Shown one piece after another: positions 6,771 through 14,583 of a stretch of DNA of 39,356 bases; within the stretch, counting starts at the first letter, position 1; every line of letters starts with the position of its first letter. A program made the position numbers and the translations under genes. A model generated the notes under the pieces. That model was not told the DNA's origin, made no database searches, and worked only from the letters and a program-made list of their open reading frames with translations. The DNA comes from a virus (taxonomy: Duplodnaviria; Heunggongvirae; Uroviricota; Caudoviricetes). The stretch lies in IMG/VR virus record IMGVR_UViG_2671180568_000005. One strand, written 5' to 3'.

Positions 6771-9593
6771 ATGACGGCAGAGTACATCAGGGACTGGCAG
6801 CAACCGCGCCACGCAGTGGGGCGTGAAGGAACGGGGATCCCCGCTCCTGAATCCGCGCTTTCCTCCTGGCTGGATGCCTACCGGGCAGAGAACGAGCGCT
6901 GCCAGGAAATGGCTGATGCGGCGTTCTCCGCCACACCGCTGGGCAACCTGATTAATAAAAGCCTGGACGCACAGGAAAAACAGGACAAAACCATCACACT
7001 GGCAGGAGACGCCAGAAAACGGGCACGCGGCGCGGTGGATGAAGCCATGGCCTCGCTGCGCCTGCTGCCGTCCTATCTGCGCGATCCGCTTATTCGCCAC
7101 CTCTCCTTCCTGCGCAAAAAACAGGAAGCCGATCGCCGGAAAGGCAAAAAGAGCTGGCAGGCGGAACGCTATGCACGCGGAACCCTGCGCAAAATATTCG
7201 AACGTCTGGATCGCACTGACAGACGCTGGCTGACACCGGGTTATCGCTCCCTTGTCGGACGCGAACGCCTGGACGATTTGCTTTACCTGCCGCAGCTCAA
7301 CAAACACCAGATACAGACGCTGGCCACCATGACGGCGGCGATGTTCAGCAGCACCTTCGAAAAACTCTGCGATGGCTTTGGCGCGACTGATGGCGAACTG
7401 ACCATGGATGTAACGCTGAAGGCGTATCAGATGCTGGCCCGCATGGCGTTACACCTGCACGCCATGCCTCCACATTATGACGCACTGACAACAGACAAAG
7501 ACCGGAGGAACGAACCGGACACGGAGCTGCTGCCGGGCGCAATCCTCCGCCTGACCTGTGCGGAATGGTGGAAACGCAAACTGTGGCTGTTACGTTGCGA
7601 GTGGAGAGAAGAACAACTCCGCGCCGCCTGTCTGGTTTCCAGAAAAACATCGCCCTATCTGAGCCAGGGCGCGTTAAGCGAGTTTCGCGCACAGCGCGAG
7701 AAAACACGCGATTTCCTGAAAAGTTTCATGCTGGAAAACGAAGACGGGTTCACGATTGATCTCGAGACAGTGTATTACGCGGGAGTAAGTAACCCGGTTC
7801 ACCGTAAGGCAGAAATGATGGCCACCATGAAGGGGCTGGAACTTCTGGCCGAAGCCCGTGGCGACAAAGCGGTGTTTCTGACTGTCACCTGCCCGTCAAA
7901 ATACCACGCCACAACAGAGAACGGTCATCCGAATCCCAAATGGAACGGGGCCACCATGCGCGACTCCAGCGATTACCTGGTTAACACGTTTTTTGCAGCG
8001 GTCCGCAAAAAACTGAACCGCGACGGCCTGCGCTGGTATGGCATCCGCACGGTGGAGCCTCACCATGACGGCACCGTGCACTGGCATATGATGGTCTTTG
8101 CTCATCCGGAAGAAATCGACACCATTGTGTCCCACACCCGCGATATTGCCATTCAGGAAGACCGCCACGAGCTGGGCAATGATATTACTCCGCGCTTTAA
8201 GGTGGAGTATGTCGACGGCTCAAAAGGCACACCAACCAGCTACATCGCCACCTACATCGGAAAGAACCTGGACAGCCGCGCCGTGGATGGCATCGACCCG
8301 AAAACGGGCAAGCCACGCGTTGACCACGAAACCGGAAAATCAATGGCCGAGAGCGTGGAGCGTGCCATCGGCTGGGCGCGCCTTCACCGGGTCCGCCAGT
8401 TCCAGTTCTTTGGTATCCCCTCCCGTCAGGTGTGGCGTGAACTGCGTCGCCTTGCCAGCCAGATGGCACGCAACCCGGAAGGACCGCAACGGCTGAAGGA
8501 TGACGCAATGGACGCGGTTCTTGCTGCCGCTGATGCCGGATGTTTTGCCACCTACATAGAGAAACAGGGCGGCGTACTTGTTCCACGCAAAGACTACCTG
8601 ATTCGCACCGCCTACGACCTCGCAGATGAGCTGAACGATTACGGCGAACAGAGCGTACAGATTTACGGGATCTGGTCGCCGCTCATTGGGGTATCTTCCC
8701 GCGTATGCACGCATCCGGATAACTGGAAGCTGGTAAGACGCAAACCGGAAGCGGAAGACAGCGCCCGCGAAAATGGTTTTGACCTTCAGGGCGGCCCTGC
8801 CGCCCCTTGGACTCGTGGCAATAACTGTCCCCGTGTACAGGAAACGGACAACAACGGGACAGAACAGCCGGAAGAACGGCCAGCACCGTGGCCGCAGCTC
8901 CCTGACGGCGTTGAAGTGAACGAATGGATGCGCTCACTGAAACGGCACGAACGCCGGGCGCTGATGCGTTCGCTTCGTGACAAACAGGCAAAAAACAGCA
9001 GTGATGAAATGCAGAGCTGGACACAGAGCCGCAAACAGCAGCGGCCTTTGCCTGATAACCACGAATTACTCGCTAAAGAATGGCGGGAGTCTGCCGAATC
9101 TCTCGGCCTGCATATCGGTGAACAGCAGATGCAGCACCTGTTACGGGGCGGCAGTCTGTACGTTGACGGCAGCATCATTGCACCGCAGGGATTTGAAATT
9201 GTACGCAAACCGGATACCCGACCGGACAGCCGGATCACGCAGCTCTGGCAGCGCCTGAGCCGTAACCACGGCGTAAGCAGCACGGAGATCCGCCATAACC
9301 CGGTCGCCAGCTATCTGGAACAGCTGGGGGCATCAGACCCCGAAGCCGCCGCACGCCTGGCATCCACACTTCAGCAAGACCAGAACACCATGAAAACACC
9401 CGTTACCGTGCTTTCTGACATGCTGCGCGCCATCCGCGACGCAGAGCACGCACAGAGAATCAGTGAAACCACTGAACGCGCCCGCCGCAAAGCAGACCTG
9501 CTGCGAGGTGGCCTGACCAGTGGAAACAAAAAACAGACAGAAACGGGATTCACAAATCCCGTAAATGAGCAAAAAACGCGCCGCGATATATGA
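6771..9593 (+). CDS. A: Rolling-circle replication initiator (P2 gpA-like HUH endonuclease), 940 aa
   Basis: HUH motif TVHWHMMVF and catalytic tyrosine pair SYIATYIGK; position after the early genes. Confidence 0.85.
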   Translation: MTAEYIRDWQQPRHAVGREGTGIPAPESALSSWLDAYRAENERCQEMADAAFSATPLGNLINKSLDAQEKQDKTITLAGDARKRARGAVDEAMASLRLLPSYLRDPLIRHLSFLRKKQEADRRKGKKSWQAERYARGTLRKIFERLDRTDRRWLTPGYRSLVGRERLDDLLYLPQLNKHQIQTLATMTAAMFSSTFEKLCDGFGATDGELTMDVTLKAYQMLARMALHLHAMPPHYDALTTDKDRRNEPDTELLPGAILRLTCAEWWKRKLWLLRCEWREEQLRAACLVSRKTSPYLSQGALSEFRAQREKTRDFLKSFMLENEDGFTIDLETVYYAGVSNPVHRKAEMMATMKGLELLAEARGDKAVFLTVTCPSKYHATTENGHPNPKWNGATMRDSSDYLVNTFFAAVRKKLNRDGLRWYGIRTVEPHHDGTVHWHMMVFAHPEEIDTIVSHTRDIAIQEDRHELGNDITPRFKVEYVDGSKGTPTSYIATYIGKNLDSRAVDGIDPKTGKPRVDHETGKSMAESVERAIGWARLHRVRQFQFFGIPSRQVWRELRRLASQMARNPEGPQRLKDDAMDAVLAAADAGCFATYIEKQGGVLVPRKDYLIRTAYDLADELNDYGEQSVQIYGIWSPLIGVSSRVCTHPDNWKLVRRKPEAEDSARENGFDLQGGPAAPWTRGNNCPRVQETDNNGTEQPEERPAPWPQLPDGVEVNEWMRSLKRHERRALMRSLRDKQAKNSSDEMQSWTQSRKQQRPLPDNHELLAKEWRESAESLGLHIGEQQMQHLLRGGSLYVDGSIIAPQGFEIVRKPDTRPDSRITQLWQRLSRNHGVSSTEIRHNPVASYLEQLGASDPEAAARLASTLQQDQNTMKTPVTVLSDMLRAIRDAEHAQRISETTERARRKADLLRGGLTSGNKKQTETGFTNPVNEQKTRRDI

Positions 9594-9645
9594 AGCGCGC
9601 ATAAAACAGGCAAAAACGGGATTTCAGAATCCCGTAAACGATTAA
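9533..9645. repeat. Two copies of a ~40-bp unit containing the palindrome aaacgggatt-N5-aatcccgtaaa (9541-9565, 9615-9639): candidate parC-like centromere or operator
   Basis: Read directly; located immediately upstream of the ParM-like gene; the first copy lies within the 3' end of the A coding sequence. Confidence 0.5.
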
Positions 9646-9669
9646 TTAATCAACATAAGGAAAAGCGAC

Positions 9670-10629
9670 ATGAAAATTTGTATCGATGACGGCTCCACCA
9701 ACATCAAGCTGGCATGGACTGAGAACGGCGAACGCCGCAACGCCATCAGCCCGAACAGCTTCAAGTCGGAATGGTCTGCGCCGTTCGGTGGCACGCAGCC
9801 CGCGAACTACATGCTTGATGGCGTGCGCTATGGTTTTGATCCGGTCAGCGATCGCTTTGTCCAGACGACTGACACGCAATACCAGTACAGCGATGTGAAT
9901 GTCATTGCCATTCATCACGCGCTGGTCAAATCAGGCATCACGCCACAGGAGGTGGATGTGGTTGTCACCCTGCCACTGAGCGAGTATTTCGACACAAACG
10001 CACAGCCGGACATAGCCAACATCAACCGCAAAAAAGCGAACGTTATGCGCCCGGTGGAGTACCAGAACGGCGAAGCATTCACTATCCGTAACGTACGGGT
10101 TATGCCTGAATCCATTCCGGCTGGCTTTAAGGCACTGGCTGACATGAGTCCGTTTGAATCCCTGCTGATTGTGGATTTAGGCGGAACCACGCTGGATGTG
10201 GCAAAGGTTCAGGGACAACTGGCAGGTATCAGCCAGGTGTTTTGCGATCCACACGTAGGCGTTTCCCTGATGGCCGATGCCGTACTGTCGGTGATGGCCA
10301 CTAACGGTATGCGTACCAGTCACCACATCGCCAATACCATTATCGAACATCGCCATGATGAAGCCTGGCTGCGCCAGCACATCCACAATGACGCGCATTA
10401 CGCCAGCCTGATGGCGGTTATTCGTGAAAAGGAAGAAACACTGAAACAACGCGTGATCCGCGCGCTGGCGGGTTTTTCGGGTTACGGGCGGGTGATGGTT
10501 GTCGGTGGCGGGGCAGAGATTGTGGCACCCGCTATCCGCGAAGCCTGCGGAGTTAATGCGACTTTCATCGCGGACGGGGTGCCACAGTTTGCTCTGGTTA
10601 ATGGGCTGTACGCAATGGGCAAGGAGTAA
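9670..10629 (+). CDS. parM: ParM/StbA-family actin-like segregation ATPase
   Basis: N-terminus MKICIDDGSTNIKLAW...ISPNSF...YSDVNVIAIHHAL matches the ParM phosphate-1 and adjacent motifs; DLGGTTLDV phosphate-2-like motif. Confidence 0.8.
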   Translation: MKICIDDGSTNIKLAWTENGERRNAISPNSFKSEWSAPFGGTQPANYMLDGVRYGFDPVSDRFVQTTDTQYQYSDVNVIAIHHALVKSGITPQEVDVVVTLPLSEYFDTNAQPDIANINRKKANVMRPVEYQNGEAFTIRNVRVMPESIPAGFKALADMSPFESLLIVDLGGTTLDVAKVQGQLAGISQVFCDPHVGVSLMADAVLSVMATNGMRTSHHIANTIIEHRHDEAWLRQHIHNDAHYASLMAVIREKEETLKQRVIRALAGFSGYGRVMVVGGGAEIVAPAIREACGVNATFIADGVPQFALVNGLYAMGKE

Positions 10630-10633
10630 ACCA

Positions 10634-10945
10634 ATGACGACACCAACCAGACGGATAAGTTTCTATCTGAAGCCCGCCGCCGTCAAGAACGAAGGCGAAG
10701 CATGCGCCTGGCTGGACAGCCTTACACCAGAAGCCCGCAAAAGTGGTCAACGCGTGGCTTTTCTGGCCGGGCTGGCACTACTGAAAATGAATCCGGCAGA
10801 GGCTTACCGACTGGCTGCATGGGCTGATGATGAGGCGTTATCAATGACACAAACCAGGACAGAACGCCCCGCGTCACAGCCAGTATCAGCCGCACAGATA
10901 ACCAGTCAGATGGCCGGAAATATCCGGGCGTTATTTCCCGAATAA
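10634..10945 (+). CDS. parR: ParR/StbB-like centromere-binding adaptor
   Basis: RRISFYLKPAAV...LDSLTPEARKSGQRVAFLAGLALL...IRALFPE parallels R1 ParR (ribbon-helix-helix N-terminus, conserved C-terminal tail); AAGGAG ribosome-binding site; 4 bp after the parM stop. Confidence 0.7.
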   Translation: MTTPTRRISFYLKPAAVKNEGEACAWLDSLTPEARKSGQRVAFLAGLALLKMNPAEAYRLAAWADDEALSMTQTRTERPASQPVSAAQITSQMAGNIRALFPE

Positions 10946-10951
10946 CACAAC

Positions 10952-10977
10952 ATCAGGGCGCATCCGCCCTGATGACT
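10952..10977. promoter_or_regulatory. Perfect 10-bp-stem inverted repeat catcagggcg-catc-cgccctgatg between parR and the next cassette
   Basis: Read directly; no T-run follows, so it may be an operator or a terminator. Confidence 0.4.
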
Positions 10978-11008
10978 TTAACCCGGGAGCATAAACAAGG
11001 GGGACACA

Positions 11009-11341
11009 ATGCAACACATTGACAGAGAAAAAGCGCAGCGACTGATTGAGCGGATGGAAGCGCTGGCGAAAGAAGAAAATGTCAACATCCAAAAAATAGC
11101 TGAATGTGGCCAGATAGTTCTTCGTCGTGAAAAAGACCTCAAACAACTGATGTCTGGCGAAACCAGCAAAACATGGACTTCAGGCAAGGAGACGGTTTAT
11201 TGCAGCTTCTGCAATAAATCCCAGTACGAAGTCACAAAGGTGATTGCCGGACCGTCTGTTTACATCTGCAATGAGTGCGTGGATTTGTGCAATGAAATTA
11301 TCAGGAAAGAAGTGACAGACAAAAAGGAAAAAAACGCATGA
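11009..11341 (+). CDS. Small protein with a ClpX-type C4 zinc-binding domain
   Basis: C-terminal [39 protein letters not shown] is nearly identical in pattern to the E. coli ClpX N-terminal zinc-binding domain ([37 protein letters not shown]); no AAA+ module follows. Confidence 0.75.
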   Translation: MQHIDREKAQRLIERMEALAKEENVNIQKIAECGQIVLRREKDLKQLMSGETSKTWTSGKETVYCSFCNKSQYEVTKVIAGPSVYICNECVDLCNEIIRKEVTDKKEKNA

Positions 11342-11652
11342 ACAGAAAACAGAAACAAGAGTTGAAATACTTCTTACGTAAAGAAATTGCCAGGCTTGAA
11401 GATGCAGAGTCACAATCATCAGAAATTCCGTTCGGAATGGATATCAACGACGCCCGTATGCTCCAGGCATACCGCATAGCTCAGGCTGCACTACAGGCAA
11501 AACCGTCAGATGGACTGGTTAGAGCGGTGCGTTTCTATGAACAGGTAAAGCGTGAGAATCCGCCAGTCGAAACCGGAGCATGGAAAGACGCTGTTGACTG
11601 GGTGCTCAAAGAGGCTTGCCAGTCTGTAAACATTGGCATCAAAGGAGAGTGA
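11338..11652 (+). CDS. Hypothetical protein (104 aa), translationally coupled
   Basis: ATGA overlap with the upstream gene; ends ...IGIKGE. Confidence 0.5.
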   Translation: MNRKQKQELKYFLRKEIARLEDAESQSSEIPFGMDINDARMLQAYRIAQAALQAKPSDGLVRAVRFYEQVKRENPPVETGAWKDAVDWVLKEACQSVNIGIKGE

Positions 11653-11654
11653 GA

Positions 11655-12146
11655 ATGCAAATTTCACCGGTTACTCTTCGTGTTGCGAAGGCGTTTATAT
11701 CCAGACATCACCGACACAATAAACCCCCGGTGGGGCATAAATTCAGCATTGGTCTGAGAAATGATGCCGGAGAATTGATAGGTGTGGCGACAGCCGGTCG
11801 ACCTGTTGCACGACATTTGGATGATGGATTAACGCTTGAAGTAAATCGCACATGTACCACAGGAGAACGCAACGCTAACAGCGCGCTTTATGGTGCTGTC
11901 TGGCGGGCAGCAAAAGCTATGGGTTATCAACGTTGTATTACGTACACCCGGGCAGATGAATCAGGAGCATCTCTTCGCGCAGCTGGTTTTGTTCGTGTGA
12001 AAGCGCTTCCTCCAAGAAAAAGCTGGGCGGAATCAAGCGTCGCCCTGCGGAGTAAACGCGATCCAGTCGGAAACGGTGGTGTTCCTCGTGTGCTCTGGGA
12101 AATCAGGATAATGAGTACCACTGGTATTCGCATCAAAGGAGAGTGA
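11655..12146 (+). CDS. Hypothetical protein (163 aa) with an HHRH basic patch
   Basis: Start at the ATG after the repeated junction gcatcaaaggagagtga; ends ...IRIKGE like the preceding gene. Confidence 0.5.
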   Translation: MQISPVTLRVAKAFISRHHRHNKPPVGHKFSIGLRNDAGELIGVATAGRPVARHLDDGLTLEVNRTCTTGERNANSALYGAVWRAAKAMGYQRCITYTRADESGASLRAAGFVRVKALPPRKSWAESSVALRSKRDPVGNGGVPRVLWEIRIMSTTGIRIKGE

Positions 12147-12147
12147 T

Positions 12148-12411
12148 ATGGCAACTTTGACAAAAAAAGAACGGGCATGGTTGAACGAATTACAGGACGT
12201 TCTTGATCGCTGTCCATCACCGAAAAAAATTGGTTTTTACACCATTGGCGATAAAAGCATTTACCTGTATGACCTACGCCGCATGGATGAAATCATGGAG
12301 GCTCTTGATAATCGTTCGTCAATGGATTGGTGTGTTGCTGTCCATGATATGAATGCAGGGTTTGATGAAAAGATTTTGTTCCCCTCATCAGTTGAAAGCA
12401 CAGCAGGATAA
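12148..12411 (+). CDS. Hypothetical protein (87 aa)
   Basis: Follows the second copy of the 17-bp junction repeat. Confidence 0.5.
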   Translation: MATLTKKERAWLNELQDVLDRCPSPKKIGFYTIGDKSIYLYDLRRMDEIMEALDNRSSMDWCVAVHDMNAGFDEKILFPSSVESTAG

Positions 12412-12445
12412 GGACCCAGCAAATATACACAACCTATAAAACACT

Positions 12446-12468
12446 AAAGCGCCTCAGGGGCGCTTTTT
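12446..12468 (+). terminator. Rho-independent terminator aaagcgcctcaggggcgcttttt
   Basis: GC-rich hairpin followed by a T-run after the 4-gene cassette. Confidence 0.6.
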
Positions 12469-12471
12469 GTT

Positions 12472-12498
12472 TGCACAAAAGTGCACAAATTTGCACAA
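12472..12498. repeat. Three copies of TGCACAA phased at 10 bp (12472, 12482, 12492); a fourth at 12564
   Basis: Read directly; helical phasing suggests a protein-binding array. Confidence 0.5.
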
Positions 12499-12997
12499 TT
12501 TTTTTGAACGACTTTTTACCCTTCCGGCCCGCATGGCGGCTGGATCCGTCAAGGATCCGTGCGTGCACAAAAAAACGCGCTTTTTCTGCGCGCAGGTGAC
12601 GGGGGAACAGCCCGCGTTTCAGGGGGTAAATAGCATTCCCTGAACGATGTCGCAGAGACACAACAGAATGGCCATATTTCTCACGCTGAGCATGAAAAAG
12701 GCGTGAGGGCTTTTGATTTGATGGGGTGAAAGGTAAGGCCGTCAAAATCGCACTGAGGCAGCGAGAACATACAGTCAACGCGGTGGAATTGCGTAAGAGT
12801 CTGACCGTCGATGGTGGCGATAAACTGGAAGGCGTCGTGAAATTATCTGATTGATACAGGAGCTGGAGAGCCGGGGCATAAATTTTTTATGCCCCGGCGA
12901 AGCAGCAGACAAGCGAAGCGCGTCAGCGATACGGCACCTTGCCGACCATACTTCATAAGTGCAAAATACGAGCAAAGAAATCAATGGAGGCTGTCTT

Positions 12998-13522
12998 ATG
13001 GTCATTAATTACAAGCAGTTAAGAGAAAAACGGGAGCAGGTAAAGGAGAGCTTTCGCCGCAATGAAGATCTGACCCCGCTTGTACGCCTTGCCCAGGGCA
13101 TTGTTGATGCTTATGAAATCTCGCTGGAGCTGCCATCACAGACCTGGACAGATAGCGACGGTAATCGCCAGCATTACGTTTCATGCGGACTGGAAGCAGC
13201 CGAAGGATTTCGCAGAATGCCTTTATCCCAGATCCCTGCCGCTACCCCCAAAGCATGGGGCAGCAATGATGAGCGAAAACTGACTTTTAGTATTGAAACG
13301 GTGGTTGACGACACACCTGGCGAAGTCGCGTTCGTACACACTCCTGTTTCGATCGCAATGTATAACGATGAAATACAGGTTCGCGTTAATAATAATATCG
13401 TGCCACTTAAAGAAGGTAATTCACCCTACACCACCGTTTGTGAAGCCATTCAATATTACGTTCTCTCTGAAATTGATAATCTCAAGCCTGACGGCACCCA
13501 GAAAATGGTTCAACTCTGGTAA
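12998..13522 (+). CDS. Hypothetical protein (174 aa) between the structured noncoding region and the portal gene
   Basis: GGAGG 7 nt upstream of the ATG; followed by a bidirectional terminator. Confidence 0.5.
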   Translation: MVINYKQLREKREQVKESFRRNEDLTPLVRLAQGIVDAYEISLELPSQTWTDSDGNRQHYVSCGLEAAEGFRRMPLSQIPAATPKAWGSNDERKLTFSIETVVDDTPGEVAFVHTPVSIAMYNDEIQVRVNNNIVPLKEGNSPYTTVCEAIQYYVLSEIDNLKPDGTQKMVQLW

Positions 13523-13523
13523 A

Positions 13524-13555
13524 AAGGACAGCCCCATCACGGGGCTGTTTTTTCA
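13524..13555. terminator. Bidirectional terminator hairpin (cagcccc-atca-ggggctg) flanked by A and T runs
   Basis: Read directly; overlaps the stop of the portal gene. Confidence 0.6.
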
Positions 13556-14583
13556 TCAAGAAGAGCATAAGAGTTAAAACGGATCACCTCTTCGCCAAGC
13601 CAGTCATTGATGTGCTTCATAGCCTCCATGACGGGCATCAGCTCGTTAATTGCGTAAACCCGCGCTGCCTTCTCCACATCGCCAAACGCACTTTTTTCGC
13701 CCGGCATCGCCCCCATCAGTTGCGGCGGAACGCGGTGCGCAGCCAGCACATCATCACGGGATGCCGCCTTAACATTCATGAATTCATCTTTTGCGGTGAT
13801 CTGCTGGAACGGCAAAATTTGCACCCCCTCTTTGCCCCCGTTGGGCGCATGAATGAGCACGTTTTTAAACGCACCACCACCACGTGCCCCCTGTAGCGTT
13901 TCTTTCAGGGAGTCCATGCTTTCGCGGTTTACCTGCGCTGCACCGATGTAGATGATGCACCCGGCGTGGGATCCGTTGTCGTAGTACAGTTTTCTGAACA
14001 TGTCCGCCGAATGAGAAAGGCTGGCCGAGAGTAATGCGCCAAGATATTCCGGCATGCCGTAGATTTCCTGGTTAATATCCGGATTCATCAGGTGGCACAC
14101 TTTGCCAGGACGAAACTGAAACGCGTCCTTGCCATCCTGCACATACCACCATGATTCAAGATCGCTTCCGCGTCGCATGTATTTCGCCAGGGCGTGCCGT
14201 AATTTAAGCGGTTCGCCGAGCATATTGCTTCGAAGCTCAAGGAATGCGTTACCGAACACAAACCAGTCCAGCGCCAGCGCCGAGAAATCCTGCCGGGAAA
14301 GCAGCGGGTGCGGGATGTAGCAACCGAGTAATACATTGCGCTTAAAGTAAAGCGCAGACTGATGCCAGGACGTTTGCCGGGCTGCTCTTGCCAGACCGTA
14401 CCAGTCCACCGGGGTTTCATACCACCGCCCGTTATCAGCACAGTACATATTGTCCAGCAGGTCATGCCCGGTCAGGCGATAAGGACCATCAAATGTGAAT
14501 GCACTGAGCGATGATTCTTTCCTGAGCGCATCAGCGAGATCAATGCGTGAACTCATGCGCACTTTTTTATTTTTTCTGCTCAT
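13537..14583 (-). CDS. Q: Portal protein (P2 gpQ-like)
   Basis: Size, position and divergent Q-P / O-N arrangement; start overlaps the terminase stop (ATGA). Confidence 0.85.
   Translation of the reverse strand: MSRKNKKVRMSSRIDLADALRKESSLSAFTFDGPYRLTGHDLLDNMYCADNGRWYETPVDWYGLARAARQTSWHQSALYFKRNVLLGCYIPHPLLSRQDFSALALDWFVFGNAFLELRSNMLGEPLKLRHALAKYMRRGSDLESWWYVQDGKDAFQFRPGKVCHLMNPDINQEIYGMPEYLGALLSASLSHSADMFRKLYYDNGSHAGCIIYIGAAQVNRESMDSLKETLQGARGGGAFKNVLIHAPNGGKEGVQILPFQQITAKDEFMNVKAASRDDVLAAHRVPPQLMGAMPGEKSAFGDVEKAARVYAINELMPVMEAMKHINDWLGEEVIRFNSYALLDEKTAP

Noticed and set aside
6234-7307. 357-aa minus-strand ORF
   Set aside because: Antisense to the replicase gene; Cys/Arg-rich translation typical of a shadow ORF.
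12441-12480. Internal stretch resembling the att core (aaagcgcc...ggcgcttttt followed by gcaca)
   Set aside because: The similarity is imperfect and is explained by generic terminator architecture; the exact 20-mer occurs only at 585-604 and 38022-38041.
12412-13540. P2/186-type 19-nt cohesive-end motif (GGCG-GGCGGGGAAAGCA-like, recalled from memory)
   Set aside because: No convincing match seen by eye; the cos call is left as positional inference only.
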